The notes under the pieces were generated by a model. That model was given only the letters and a program-made list of their open reading frames with translations. It had not been told where the DNA came from and searched no databases. From positions 734,060 to 798,059 of the forward strand of contig MU058793.1 of assembly GCA_013265495.1 (NCBI GenBank): a DNA stretch of 64,000 nt, read 5' to 3'. A program made the position numbers and the translations under genes. Of this stretch, positions 1-12,546 are shown piece after piece (within the stretch, counting starts at the first letter, position 1; each line of letters opens with the position of its first letter). Source of the DNA: Vicugna vicugna (lineage: Eukaryota).

Positions 1-1675
1 TGAGATGACCTCCAGGAGAGAAGACGTGGTAATGAGTTCTAGACATGCTAGAAAGCTAGGGAGAAAGATCAAAGGACCTGGTATCTGTTAAGTTACATTT
101 TTTTAATATTCAAATTATAGTGAATCCTAGTCCCCATATGCCTAGGTTATCCAAAGTCCAGTCTTTTCCTGGAGGCTTCTCTTCAAATATATGGGAGATC
201 CCCAGGGTTATTTACTCGACCTGTGATTCAGCCTCATTGTTACCTGCTGCCACTTTCCAGCTAAGACTGACTCAGGTGTAACCCTGAGGATGTGACAGCC
301 TCATCTTCCATTCTTGGTTGCCTGGGAGAACTCCTTCCAATGGCTAGAGTGGAACCCAAATAGCTCAAGAAGTTTGAAGAAATGTCTGAGATTGCCTACC
401 ATCTCCTGGTTGGCCCTGCTTATGCCCCAAATAAGACTAGAGGGCAGGTCTCTGCTGTTCGGCTTAGGCCTCAGTGGTTCTTCAGGTATGGGTAAGAATA
501 GTCACATTCAAGGAAGCCTTGCAGCAAAACTGTCAAAACCCACCAAACACCTTTGTGTAAAGTAAGAGATGAGCTGGATGTTAGACACCAGCTGGGACAT
601 TTTTACATTATTCCCCAGGCATTCTACAAATGAAGATTGTTGCTCCAACAAAGAAGAGTGAGTGAGCAATGACTGTTCATCTTTCTGGGTCAGTGCAAGC
701 TCAGGTCTTAGACCTTTCTTCTGCTAACACAACAACCCACCACATCATAAGGACCTGCCTGGATTCAGGAGTTTGATTGGGACCAGCTGGTCTACCAAGG
801 TGTGTGCTCCCCACGACTGCAATCACTGTGGGGCCAATAAACTGAAATTTGTGGGCCCACATTGCCTCTGCCTTCCTTAAGATGTTACTGCATGGAGGAG
901 GAAGCCATCCCATAATAGACAGAGCAGCCAGGGAATAAACGCCTCCTAGCGCCTAACATCCACCCCAGACAAATGAGAACATGGATGAAACAAGAGACTC
1001 TTAAAGAGTAATTTTGAATGCCTTGAATTCTTAACAAAATCTCCGAACAAGAATCTCCTAAGAGAGGATAGAAAAATGCAAGTGCAATGAAGACTTTTGG
1101 AAATGAAAAAGAAATGGCACATTTGACAAGGGTCAGCTGGCCAGGCTCCTGTGATGACAGCATTCTGGGAGTATTAATATGTACCAAGAGCTGTAAATGG
1201 TTGCAAAAATGTACATGGATTCCTTGACATAATGTACTAGCTTACACCATCTGCCACAGTCATGGACTGCATGCTTGAAATCTTTTTTAATCGCTTTCAT
1301 TTAGCAAGGAGTTGAGCGCCAAGTTAATTTTTGAAAATCTGCCACTAGAGCACTTCCTTGGGGTTGCTGTTCTGCGACCTTTAGGGATATCTAAGATGGG
1401 CAGAAGTCTACGTAAGAATGCCAAGAATTTCAAAACTTGTGTGCTAGCCCACACTGGGTACTAAAATGAGCTTCTCTTATGCTAATAATGTCAGCCATAC
1501 CTCATAGACAGGGCAGTGAAATCCCTGTATACCAACATGTAGTTTCCACAAAGTCAGTCAAATGTTCTCAGAGGGCAAAAAAAGAATTTTTAAAGTAGTG
1601 TGGTCCTGACACTTAAGCCAACTACTCTTTCTCAAGGAACTCAAGATCTACTCAACTCAAGAAACCATGATTCCA

Positions 1676-1852
1676 GGTGGAGAGTGTAGCTCAATTGGTA
1701 AAATGCATGCTTAGCATGCATGAGGTCCTGGGTTCAATCCCCAGTACCTCCTCCAAAAACAAATAAATCTGATTACCTCCCCCATCCCTCAGCCAAAATA
1801 AAATAATTAAACAATATGATGATAAGTAAATTAAAAATATTTAAAAAAAAGA
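1676..1852 (+). mobile_element. Camelid tRNA-derived SINE (Vic-1 type)
   Basis: tRNA-like head (tgtagctcaattggta...gaggtcctgggttcaatccccagtacctcc) with A/B boxes, 'ctgattacctccccc' body and A-rich tail; perfect 17-bp TSD aagaaaccatgattcca at 1659-1675 and 1853-1869. Confidence 0.9.
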
Positions 1853-2682
1853 AAGAAACCATGATTCCAACTTTCCAAGGATAATATGGCCATGCTCAAT
1901 TATTAAGGTGTGATACTGTATACCCCAAACCATGGATGCTATAATTTCCCAGCGAATATAAAATATTTTTAAGGAAATGTTTGATTATACGCAGTTTTTG
2001 CCTTAGACGCTAAAGCCCTAATCTCAGCCTTAAGAGTTAAGCCTTCTTTTGAAACTCTTTCCAAGTCCACTGAAAGCCAGTCTCTCTTTGGAGACTGGAG
2101 GGAACACACGCAAGGGAATAGCCACAGTGAGACAATGTAGGCATCTTGAGGTTTATAGTGGGTTTGTTTTGTTTCCCCAAGGAAGCATCCTCTTGGCAAA
2201 ATTTTGCCCAAAAAAGTCAACTTTGGGGCCCAAATAACAGGACAGTCTAAAAAGGAGATAAAGATTTTTCCCATTATTCTAAAAGAGCATGAGAGAGAGA
2301 AAAAAATCCCAGATCAAGGCTACATGCACCCCCATGGACCCCAGAAAGACATGAGCTGAAACCACACATTGGCACCTAAACAGAGGAAGTTACATAATGA
2401 GACTTTTTTTCCCAGGGTATCATAACTAAAGCTTTATTTTGATATGTTTCATTATTTTCAGAACATCACTAGCAACTAGAAACTTGTCTGCAAGGGTGAC
2501 CTTATAATAGAGTCAATAAAAGACTTCTACATATAAGCCACAGATATTTGTCCATGGAATGACCTTTGGGGTTATACTGTCAAATGGACCGATTTTAACA
2601 TTAAATTCCATTGCTCTCTAATGGCTCCTTGATTTGTTCACCATAGAATGAATCTGTGTCCCACAAAGGCTCAAAGGCATCT

Positions 2683-3129
2683 TACAATGGCTAATCTTAT
2701 GTCTCAACTAGACTGGCCATGGACTGCCCAGATATTTGGTCACACATTATTCTGGATGTGTCTCTGAGGGTTAACATTTCAATCAGCAGACTGAGTAAAG
2801 CAGACTGCCCTCCTCTAGTGTGGGTGGGACCTCATCTAATCCATTAAAAGACTGAGTAAAACCCAAAAACTGAATAAGCAGGCACTCCTTCTGCCTGACT
2901 TCTTGAGCTGGAACGTGGTTCTTTTCTTGCCTTCCAACTCAAACTAAAACACTTGCTCTCCTCGGGTCTTGAGTCTGTCAGCTTTTAGACTGAAATTTAT
3001 ACCACCTGCCTTCCTGGGTCTCAAGCTTTTGGACTCAGATTGGCTCTCATGTGTCTTTAGCTTGCTGACTTAAGATTTTGGGGACTTCTCAGCCTTCATA
3101 ATCATATGAGCCAATTCCTTGTAATAAAT

Positions 3130-3183
<54 letters not shown>

Positions 3184-3213
3184 CCTATTAGTCTGAAGAA
3201 CCCTGACTAAGAC
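2683..3213 (+). mobile_element. ERVL solo LTR, MLT2 family, with internal (CA)n
   Basis: MLT2 hallmarks: 'tgcccagatatttggtcacacattattctggatgtgtctctgaggg', 'agactgagtaaagcagactgccctc', end 'gaagaaccctgactaa'. Confidence 0.85.
3134..3180. repeat. (CA)n microsatellite
   Basis: Direct reading, ~23 units. Confidence 0.97.
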
Positions 3214-3379
3214 TTGCATCTGCAGACAAAACAGTGTCTGTGGTTTGTGCATCAAACTAGGTCTCCAAGTGACCATGCCCATCAGAAAAGGCGCTGGTAA
3301 CAAGCAATCCCAAAAGCTCAGGGACTTCTGGCAGCACTCCTCATAACTCACGATACACACCCATCACAGGTCAGTAGAG

Positions 3380-3670
3380 AAGCACAATTTGTTGTAGTCG
3401 CTCAGAGATATGGGCAAATGAAGCAGGCACCCCCACCCTCCAAAGATCCTGCTGGTCACTGTGCCACAAGAAAAGGGAACTCTGGAAGGTCTTGCACCAG
3501 GCAGGTCATGTTCCAACCTGGAAAAGACAAACACTATTTTCACTTATAACTCATTGACCTGGGCTGGTGCATGTCCCCATCCCACTATGAGGGGACTAAG
3601 AAGTACCACCCTATCATGCCTTGGGAAGACAGAGAGTTGGAAATATTTGGTAAGGATTGCTAAGGATGGC
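3380..3670 (-). mobile_element. Old MaLR LTR (MLT1K/L-like), fragment
   Basis: 'ctcattgacctgggctggtgcatgtccccatccc...gagagttggaaatatttggtaagg' resembles reverse MLT1 5' end. Confidence 0.5.
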
Positions 3671-5741
3671 TATCTTCATTTAAGACCTGATTCTCACTTC
3701 CTCTGCTAACTTCTTCAATTATCTTAAAAATCACAAAGCACTCTGTTTAACCAAATCCTGTGAACTCATTGCTAGAACAATTTAAAAAAAGAAAGAAAGA
3801 AAAAAAAACTTGGACTGAAAGGTTGTCCACCTAGTAAATTTTCACTGAAATAAGTAAATAAATAAATAAATAAACAAATAAACAAACATAATACCATCAG
3901 AGCGATGGCCTGGGATTTTTCTTGGATATTCCAGTTGTGCTGTGTGGTAGCAGAAAAGCACTGGTGCCCAAAACTAAATATTCCTTGAAGGTGTCGTCTT
4001 CCCCTTTGTACCACTTTGTGGGCAGTGAACTTCCCAGAATTCTTACTTCATGGTCTCTATCCCCGACTTTACTAATCTTAAATCTCCCTCCAGATTTCTC
4101 TATTTGCCTTTCATTCCAAGAGTTGACATTATATTCAGGTGGGACATAACATTTATCTCAAGAGCATCATCATTATGTAAATCATAGATCAAGCCAGTGG
4201 GAGTGGAGCCTTAAAATCCATGAGAATAATTGATTCATTTTATGGATGAGAAAACTGAGGTCCAGAAAAGAAAAGTCATTTTTGAAGGTCAAAATCAAGG
4301 CTCCTAACTATTAGCCCAATTCACTTTTTACCAAAACATATGATCCCCTGAAGGAACCAGGAAAGGTATATATTGGGCCCAAGAAGCATAGAAAAGAAAT
4401 CTAACAAGGCGCTAGTACTTTGAAACACAGAGAGAGAAAGGAAAACAGAAATTGAGTACCAGTGACTTTTCAAGAAAAAACTTGGAGATATTTTTCATAT
4501 TCAAAATTTCCAAAAACCATGTTTTATGATGCTCACGATTCACCGTCCCCATTCCTCCCTCTTCACCCTTTCCTTACTCACACACAAAAAGACACGAGTT
4601 AAACAACAAGAGGATGTGAAACCATTTCCGTGAGCATGTGAGGACAGCTGGGTCATAAAAGAAAATGACCACTGACTCATTCCTTCTGAACGTGAAAGGG
4701 GAAAAACAGAGGTTCCTACTGCATCAAATACATGCTTACAACAGACTTTTCCCTGGTGAATGGTGTTTTCTCCGGGGGGTCATATTCTTATTTCTATTCA
4801 TAAAGACTAGTGCAGAAATCAAAAGATGAATAATGTCACTGGCCTGAGCCACCCACCACTTCATACGCACAAACTGCAATCTAACCTCTCTTCTACCTCT
4901 TTGATATCTGACATATATTTAAAGTAAATATCAGTCGTATAGAACATCTGCAGAATCTTGGAGAGGGTTATAGTCATGCAAATAATACCAGTAGATTAGG
5001 GACCGGGGGATAAAGGCGCTGTTAACTCTAGGTCTTCGTTTGAGAGCTCAGTCTGTAACCTGTCACTCTAATTACAGTAGTCCTCTGTCCTCCGCAGGTT
5101 CCCCTGATTACACATCCATGTGTCGCAGCTTTCAATGGGAGGGACAAAGCGTCTCAGAGAAGCCACAAAAGTGTTCTTGTCAATTACAGCAGCTATTAAT
5201 ACTAATTGTGCTTTAGAATTCTCACTAACCGCTGCGTCAGAGACCCTAATTAATACACCACAGTTCAGAGATATGATGAAACCCGAGGTGTTACTGACAC
5301 CAGTCTAATAACCAGGCCGCCGGTGATGTGAACTGGCTCAGAGTTAGAATTTTAAGTGCCACACACAAAAGAAATTAGTATTCTTCTGTCTCCTGTTGTA
5401 ATGGGGGGTGTGAGGAGGCAGCCTAAATGGCAGAGCTGTGGCTGGAGGCACGCAGAGCCCATGAAAGGGGAGTCTTGCTTTCCAAACCTTTTGGGAAATG
5501 GAAGGGCCTCCCCAGTACTGTCAATCTGGGTGGACATGTGCAGTGGGGTTGGACACAGACTGGGGCTTATGCTGGGAAGGTTCACCTTCACGGTCCAACT
5601 CTAATCGAGAAAGAGTTACAAGGTGACTTCCATAGGCCGGCTTCTACTTCCCATGCAGAAGGCAAATCGGAGCGCAGACTTCTAGAAAGAGGAAGGCAAG
5701 TGTCTCTCCTTTTGTTGATAGAAGTAAGAGCTTGCCTTGGA

Positions 5742-6132
5742 CTTGGAGGGCATTGCACCAAGTAAAATAAGTCAGAACAGAGAAAGACAAACACTGTGTG
5801 GTATCACTCATCTGTGGAATCTAACAAAAGACAACAAACTAGTGCATATAACAAAAAAGAACCAGACTCACAGATATAGCGAAAAAATTAGTGGTTACCA
5901 ACGGGGAGAGGAAAGGGGGAAAGGCCTGATCAGGGTAGGGGATTAAGAGATACAAACTATTATGTATAAAATAAATAAGTTCCAAGGATATACTGCACAA
6001 CAAGGGGAATATAGCCCCTATGTTATAATAACTATAAATGGAGTATAGTCTTTAGAAATTTTGAATCACTATGTTATATACCTGAAACTTATACAATATT
6101 GTAAATCAACTATACTTCAATTAAAAAAAAAG
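5742..6132 (+). mobile_element. 5'-truncated LINE-1 3' end
   Basis: ORF2 C-terminal remnant, 3'UTR ('ccagactcacagatatag', 'tgtaaatcaactatacttcaattaaaaaaaaa'); TSD aagagcttgccttgga at 5726-5741 and 6133-6148. Confidence 0.9.
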
Positions 6133-6619
6133 AAGAGCTTGCCTTGGAGTAGGGGTAGAGGGTTGCCCTTGTAAACGGGTGCTTATTGTTTGTATCTTTA
6201 AAGGAAACACACACACACACACACCACACCCCTTTTCTCAGCCATGCTCTGCAGAATGGCACGGCCCAACTTGACAGGGTTTCCTCTCCACTCCATTGGT
6301 AGAGCCCCTCTTTTCACACATCTCAGAGGGCTGAGAGACTATTCCAGATGGTAAAACAAACTCCTTTCATTTAACTTGAATTTCTATCGAGATTTGTGTG
6401 CAACAGCTTTGGGCACAGAGGCGACTGAGGAAGGGGATCGTCTTTCTCTCTGTGCTTTATTTTCTGATCCCTGGTCTCCCTGGTCCAGTCCTTCTCATCC
6501 TACTGCAGTCAGGGACTTGTCACAGGGATCCATTCATACGTGCAATCATGCTCTTAACAGGTGAGATCCTACAGATTTCTCCTCTGGGGCAGGGAGCGGT
6601 CTCGGCCAGTGATAGTGCA

Positions 6620-6810
6620 CAGGTGAGAGGTCTTGTCAAACACAGTTACCGTTCTCAGTGGCTGGACCAGTCATTTGACTGCTCTGCACCACTGTTTCCT
6701 CAATGGTTAAAAGAGGGTACTAATTACTGCCCCCAGTTCCTCCTAAGAATGTTAGAGAAAGAGAAGGGTGTGAATGCCCTTAGAGGGGAGGAAAGGTATT
6801 ATACAAAAAT
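6620..6810 (+). mobile_element. MIR/MIR3 SINE relic
   Basis: Core-like 'ccagtcatttgactgctctgcaccactgtttcctcaatggttaaaagagggtactaattactgccc'. Confidence 0.5.
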
Positions 6811-7622
6811 TAGATTGTTACTAATCAACTAAAGGAGTGGGTTTAAAACAAAAAGGAGTGGAGAAGGGAAAATGAGAGAAAAAGGAAGAAAAAGCAAGTA
6901 TAAGGATATTCACAAATAGAACCAGCCACCCTCAGAGGAGCTGTTGGAAACCATTCTTATTCCATGGGATGTTAATAGTGTTACATAATAAAAAAAATTC
7001 TAGCCATCCCATCCTTGGACCCATGCAAGAGAGGACCCTGACCTGGGTCTTGAGTGACAGCAGTCCCCGGCTGTGCCTTTCAGGACAAGGAGTCCCAGGT
7101 CCAAGTGGTCATATCTACTTAAACTTTCACCCCTCCTTCTAGCCCACAATCCGTGCTCCCAAACAGCCCCCAAGCTCCTAAGGAAGGAAGCTTGAATGTG
7201 GATGTGCTATTGGAGTGTCCACACAGGTATACCAAAGGCTCCTTGTAGTCTAGCATGCAACCAGGGATGTGGGAGAGAGAAGAGACCATGAACTGGGGGC
7301 CAAGGAAGAGCTCTCCCGATGCAGAAATCTAAGAAATCCAAGGCTTCTAAATTCAAACGAGGATTTACACACAATTAGGAAAGTATATTTGTCAGTATAG
7401 GAGGATATGGTATAGACTCCATAACAGTTTGTTATGGTAACTGGGCCTCCACTTACACTCTTGTCAGGGGCCTGAGAATATTAAGAGTGGACCTAGAATC
7501 CAGGGCCAATTAAGTTTGGGCGACACCGCGATAAACACAGTGAAACAGACATTTTTCAGCGCAGGGTATCGCAAAGCCTTAAATATGCATCATGCATTAT
7601 GCATATCCAAGAATGGATTATA

Positions 7623-8168
7623 CCATATTTCCTTCATTCCAAAATGCACATTTTTTTTCACATTTTAACATTTCCGAAATCAAAATGCATCTTACAATTG
7701 TAGTCAGCCAGAAAACGGCTGTGTAAGAACATATGCATGAAAATTTGCACAGTAGGTGTCAGTGGCTTGGAAGAAAATTCCAGAGACAATAGTGGAGCAT
7801 GTTTTTAAGAAATGTTGCATTACCCAAACTCTTGATGACATAGAAGAAGGTACCTTGTGGAAAAACACAAACACCGGTGACTCTCAGAGTCAAACAAATG
7901 ATGCACAAGAGTCAAATTCAACAAAAAGGAAACTTAAGCAATTTAATTTGCTTAAATTTTCTTCTTTAGGTATATTCAAATGTGGTCATGATAAAATATA
8001 TATACCTCTACATAAATATTTGACAACTCTTTCAATTAATATAAAGTAAAAATCCAAAGCACTAAGAAAGAGTTGTTTCATGGCTTAGCAGCAGTTTGTC
8101 TGTCTTTGTTGAGCATAAAGTAATGGTATGTACTCATTTAATGGCATTTTCAGGGCTATGAAATACAA
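7623..8168 (+). mobile_element. TcMar-Tc2 DNA transposon relic (Kanga/MER104 type) with transposase C-terminal fragment
   Basis: Terminus 'ccatatttccttcattccaaaatgcacattttttt...gcatcttacaat' and far end 'atgaaatacaa', TA on both sides; ORF 7756-8049 reads VSVAWKKIPETIVEHVFKKCCITQTLDDIEE, a pogo/Tc2 DDE C-terminal motif. Confidence 0.75.
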
Positions 8169-8299
8169 TAGCATGCAAAGTTTTGCAGATGTCTTTGAAC
8201 AAGAAGGCCCTTTTTTGCTACATTATTACATGAGATTCATGTTTTCTGGAGCACACTTTTAAAAGGTTGTGTTAAATCATGAAATACTGAAATGTAGGG

Positions 8300-8440
8300 G
8301 TTGGAAAGGGCTTCAGAAGACCCAAATTCCTCACTTTCAAGATAGACAAAGTGAGACACTAAGGGGCAGTGACTTGCCCAAGTTGACACAGCACATAAAC
8401 GGCAGATGTAGGAACAAGAGCCAGCTACCCCAATTCCTGA
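8300..8440 (-). mobile_element. MIR relic
   Basis: 'cctcactttcaagatagacaaagtgagacactaaggggcagtgacttgcccaagttgacacagc'. Confidence 0.6.
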
Positions 8441-8599
8441 TAGAAAATTTTGGATCCCTAGATTGACTGAATCCTCCTGGATTTTACCACACTCATTGTT
8501 TCTGTCCCAACCAGAATTAGTCAATCAATATTCTGTTCTTTTGTGTCTTGGCAAATTCAAAATCTGTTTATGATTTGCTTGTCAACTATCAATTTTTAA

Positions 8600-9350
8600 A
8601 CTAAAGATATTGACAAAGAAAGAAAATTCATTCAGAGGTCAAAAGCCTGCAGATTCAAGAAGCTCAATGAAACAAGAGCAGAATGAACTTCAAGAAAACT
8701 GCACCAAGATACTAGCTACTATCTACAAAACAGATAAACAGCAAGGGCCTGCTGTAGAGCACAGGGAACTATATTCAGTACCTTGTGATAATGAAAAAGA
8801 ATATGAAAAGGAATATATGTGTGTGTATGTATAACTGAATCGCTATACTGTACACCAGAAATTAACACAGCATTGTGGACTGACTAGACTTCAATTTAAA
8901 AAAGAAAATAAAAGATAACTGTTCCAAGATACCAAAGTCAATTGCTGAAAGCCAACCATTAAAAAAAAAAGAATCCCCAAAGCAGCCAGAGGCAAGAACT
9001 ACCGTTAGGTTAAAAATGAAGGAATAGGAAAAAGATGTGCAGACGCTAGTCAGATGAAATCTGGAGTGACTTTATTAATATTAGACAAAGCAGATTTCAG
9101 AACAGGATTATCACCTGGAGTCTTCTATCGATATTTCTAATATTATCACAGATATTACACCTAACATCTAGTGATAAAAAGGTAAGTCGTGAAGCTCTGA
9201 CAATTCCAAATGTATATGCCCAATAACAGAGCTTCGAAATACGTAACACAGACCTGACAGAACTGGAAAAGAGACAAATCTACAATTGTAGTTGGCGATC
9301 TCAACAATCCTCTCAGGAATCAACAGGGTAAGGAGGGAGAAAATCTGTCA
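8600..9350 (+). mobile_element. Old L1 (L1M) ORF1-end and ORF2 endonuclease fragments, interrupted by a younger L1 3' end
   Basis: 'gattcaagaagctcaatga...cccaaagcagccagagg' (ORF1 IQEAQ...KAARG) then 'ctggagtgactttattaatattagacaaagcagatttcagaaca', 'aatgtatatgcccaataacagagcttcgaaatac', 'acaattgtagttggcgatctcaaca' (EN domain). Confidence 0.75.
8712..8910 (+). mobile_element. Short L1 3'UTR insertion nested in older L1
   Basis: 'gataaacagcaagggcctgctgtagagcacagggaactatattcagtaccttgtga...gacttcaatttaaaaaa'; degenerate TSD aagaaaactgcaccaagata / aagataactgttccaagata. Confidence 0.8.
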
Positions 9351-9747
9351 GAGCACCGCCAGGTGCATAGAAATGCACGTACACAGCTCTGCAGAAGCAC
9401 GCTGTGAATCTGGGTTCTGCCACTGTAAAGTAATGACACAGACTCCTGAGGGGCTGGCTCAGGGTAGGGTCCTATTGAGTGAAGTGGGTACTAAATGCAT
9501 CTCAGCTTACCACGAGAATTCAACAATTCATGATTCATTAACCATAGGGTCTCCACCTCTGCCCAAAGCTTTTGAGAAACTAGCAGAAACTTACAGGGAG
9601 TTTATTGCTGAATGACTGAAATGTGTATGGCCTTTTTCTTGGGGACAACGACATCACTAGGACATGGGGAGGGGGGACAAAACATTCACACCTTTCCTGT
9701 GTCATTTATCTCAAGAGGATGCTAAATATGTGTTAGACCATTCCCCA

Positions 9748-10280
9748 TGTGGCAGATGGATACAATCATGGACATCAAGGATTCACGCCTCCTTACACCT
9801 ACGCTCCTATGTAGTTCCTCTCACTGTGACTGTTGGCTCGTCATGCAACTTGCTTTGGCCAGTGGGTTGCCAGTAAACTTGTAAGGTACCATATTCACAA
9901 GTTCATCCTAATCCCCAGAACCTGTGAATATGTTACCTTACAGGCAGAGGCTTGAAAAGTTCTTTTGAAGTAGGGTTCTCTCTGTCTCTGTCTCAATCCC
10001 TCTGTCTCTGTCTCTGTCTCTTCCTCTCTTTCTTGCTGTTTTTGGAACCCAGCAGAGCCTAACCTAGCCTCTCAAAGACATGTGCTCCCACGATAGCCAA
10101 GCACCAAACACCAAACACACGAGTTTGCCATCTTAGACAACCAGTCAGGCAACCGTAAGTGACCCCCGATGAGACAGATCGGCGAAAGCCCAGCAGAAAT
10201 GGTGACAGAATTGTGCACAATAAGACGGTTGTGCTAAATTTGGGAGTGGTTTAATAGGCAGCAAACAATAACTTGTTATA
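9748..10280 (+). mobile_element. MaLR solo LTR (MLT1F/G-like)
   Basis: TG start 'tgtggcagatgg', 'gcaacttgctttggccagtggg', 'cagaggcttgaaaag', end 'gctaaatttgggagtggtttaataggcagcaaacaataact'. Confidence 0.65.
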
Positions 10281-11042
10281 CTCCAAGCAACAACGAACTC
10301 TGCACCAAGAAAGCCATGAGTTGTAACCACTCCACTGATGAGAAAATGTCTCATTAATATCACCTAGGAATTCAGAATTAAACCTCTTCTGACGTAGCCC
10401 TTCTCTCAGCCCAGCAAATCAATGTTAATAAAACACATGTGCTAGAAATCCCCTGATACCATTCTAGGCAGAACTTTTTGATTGGGAAAAGAAAAAGAAA
10501 CTTAATTTGAAGCTTTAATAACCTCCCAATTAGGTTGTTTCTGTTAGCATTAATATTTAATCTTGACATTACTGTGACTATTTTAGAATTGAACTGAAAT
10601 TAAGTAAAAATGTTTGATCATAAATAATTTCATTATTAAAGATAATCTTTGTTATGTATGTTCCTGTGCCTATCTTTTATTAAGTTTACTTTTCATGTTG
10701 ACATTTTTAAGAGCATAACTGTATGTTTTCGTTCTTTGTAATATTGTTACCATATATTAATTATGGCATCATGCCAGGAACACTAGTAATGAAATTCGTT
10801 GCTTTTTCTACTTTAAGAGCCAGCAATAGGCTCGCTCTCTCCTTCATAACCAGCAAATAGATGATCAGCTTTGAGCTCTACATTGATTCCCTGAATTACA
10901 GCCTCTCCTTAATTTGTGCATCAAGCACCAATGGGCTTGATTTATGGGGACATCAGTGTAAACAGAAGTGGAAGGGGTAGTTATCGTTGCCTTTTTTCGA
11001 GGAGTTTCTTGGAGGCCGCATGTAGCACCCAAGGAAGGGTGA

Positions 11043-11730
11043 TATGGTAGGCAGAAAAGCAGTCCTCCAAACATGTCCACATCCTAACCCCCAGAACCTG
11101 TGAATATGTTTCCTTACGTGGCAAATGGGACTTTGCAGATATGGGTAGCAACCTAGAGAGAGAGGCTACCTGGATTATCTGGGTGGGCACCATGTAATCA
11201 TGGAGGTCCTTAAATGTGGAAGAGGGAGGCAGAAGAGAAAGTCAGAGAGGTAGACATGACAGTGGAAGCAAGGTCAGAGTGATACGATGTGAGGGCTCAG
11301 CATATCACTGCTGATTTAAAGATGGAGGAAAGGACCATGTATCAAAAAATGGGGAGAAGCTTCTAGAAGTTGGAAAGTGGGAGGAAATGGGTTCTCCACT
11401 AAAGCCTCCAGAAAAGAACTCAGCCCTGCTGACATCTTGATTTTATTTATTTTTTAATTTTTTTTGGAGGGGAGGAGGCAATTAGGTTTGTTTGTTTGTT
11501 TGTTTGTTTGTTTGTTTTAATGGCAGTACTGGGGACTGAACCCAGGACCTTGTGTATGCTAGGTATGCACTCTACAACCGAACTATACCCTCCTCTCAAC
11601 ACCTTGATTTTAGCCCAGCAAGACCCATGTCAGAGTGCTGACCTGCAGAACAATAAGATAACAGATCTGTGTTGTTTTAAGTTGCCACCAAGCTTGTAGT
11701 AATTTGTCAGCAGCTGGAGGAGTCTGACAC
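11043..11730 (+). mobile_element. MaLR solo LTR MLT1D, interrupted by Vic-1 SINE
   Basis: 'atgtccacatcctaacccccagaacctgtgaatatgtttccttacgtggcaaatgggactttgcagat', 'agcctccagaaaagaactcagccctgctgacatcttgatttt', end 'tgtagtaatttgtcagcagc...gacaca'. Confidence 0.85.
11445..11597 (-). mobile_element. Vic-1 type SINE
   Basis: Reverse tRNA head 'gtactggggactgaacccaggaccttgtgtatgctaggtatgcactctacaaccgaactataccc'; TSD gacatcttgatttt (11431-11444) / aacaccttgatttt (11598-11611). Confidence 0.88.
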
Positions 11731-11749
11731 AGGTGGCACCCCCTGGAGC

Positions 11750-11965
11750 ACCTCAGTTTGAATCTGAGCATCCCATTCTCTGGTACCTAGTGGGAGGCAA
11801 GTTGTTTAACCTCTCTCGGCTTGCATTTTCTCATAGGTAAAGTGAGGATAATAGTGGTTATCTCATAAGGTTATTGGGATAATTAAATGAGGCAATTTGC
11901 ATAAAGCTCTCAGCACAGTGTTTAGCACATTCTAAGCACTTGTTAAAGGTCAATTACCATTGCCA
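11750..11965 (+). mobile_element. MIR SINE
   Basis: 'ggcaagttgtttaacctctctcggcttgcattttctcataggtaaagtgaggataatagt...cagcacagtgtttagcacattctaagcact'. Confidence 0.8.
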
Positions 11966-11984
11966 TTGTGACAACCTGTTTTAG

Positions 11985-12413
11985 CCAACTGTGTGATTAT
12001 TCCCATTAACTCACATCCTGCCCTGGTGGAGGATCCTACTGCCTGACCAGCAGCCAGAAACCTGCAGAGCCTTCCTGGAGGTGGTGTGCGCCCCACTCCC
12101 CCCAGCCCCGATGTAAGGCTTGGGTGGGAGGGATGGTTTCTTTGGCCAACGGACTGTGAGCAGACCTGAGCTGAGCCACGTCCAAGGGGGAGCTTTCAGA
12201 GCAGGTGCACAGGTTGGCTCAGCCTCTTGTTCTTTTCTCTTTGTGACAAGAAAAGACATTTCCTCAAAAAGGACTGCTCCCTCCACCTGGGCCCTGGCTG
12301 GGAAGACACATGGCACAGAGCCACAGCACATGTCAAGTGGGATAGAAATGTTTATTGTGGGAAGTCGTTGGGGTTTGAGGGCTGTTTGTTTTCGCAGCAG
12401 AGTTGACAAACAC
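11985..12413 (+). mobile_element. Old MaLR LTR (MLT1K/L-like)
   Basis: 'ctgctccctccacctgggccctgg...gaagacacatggcacagagccacagc', end 'gagggctgtttgttttcgcagcagagttgacaaaca'. Confidence 0.6.
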
Positions 12414-12480
12414 ATCTCTCAGAGATACTGTTTAGAGAGTCTGCCAGCTCGCTGTCTTTCTCTCTCTCTATCTCTCTCTG

Positions 12481-12514
<34 letters not shown>

Positions 12515-12546
12515 GCCCCCAAATTATCTATAAGAATCCACTTTGC

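Noticed and set aside
100..1620. Repeat-free stretch that might be a decayed processed pseudogene or ERV internal region
   Set aside because: Manual translation gave stop-ridden frames with no motif I could recognise; a tblastx/Dfam search would be needed.
7756..8049. 97-aa ORF as a domesticated transposase gene
   Set aside because: Only a short C-terminal remnant in an internally deleted element; non-ATG start and no catalytic core.
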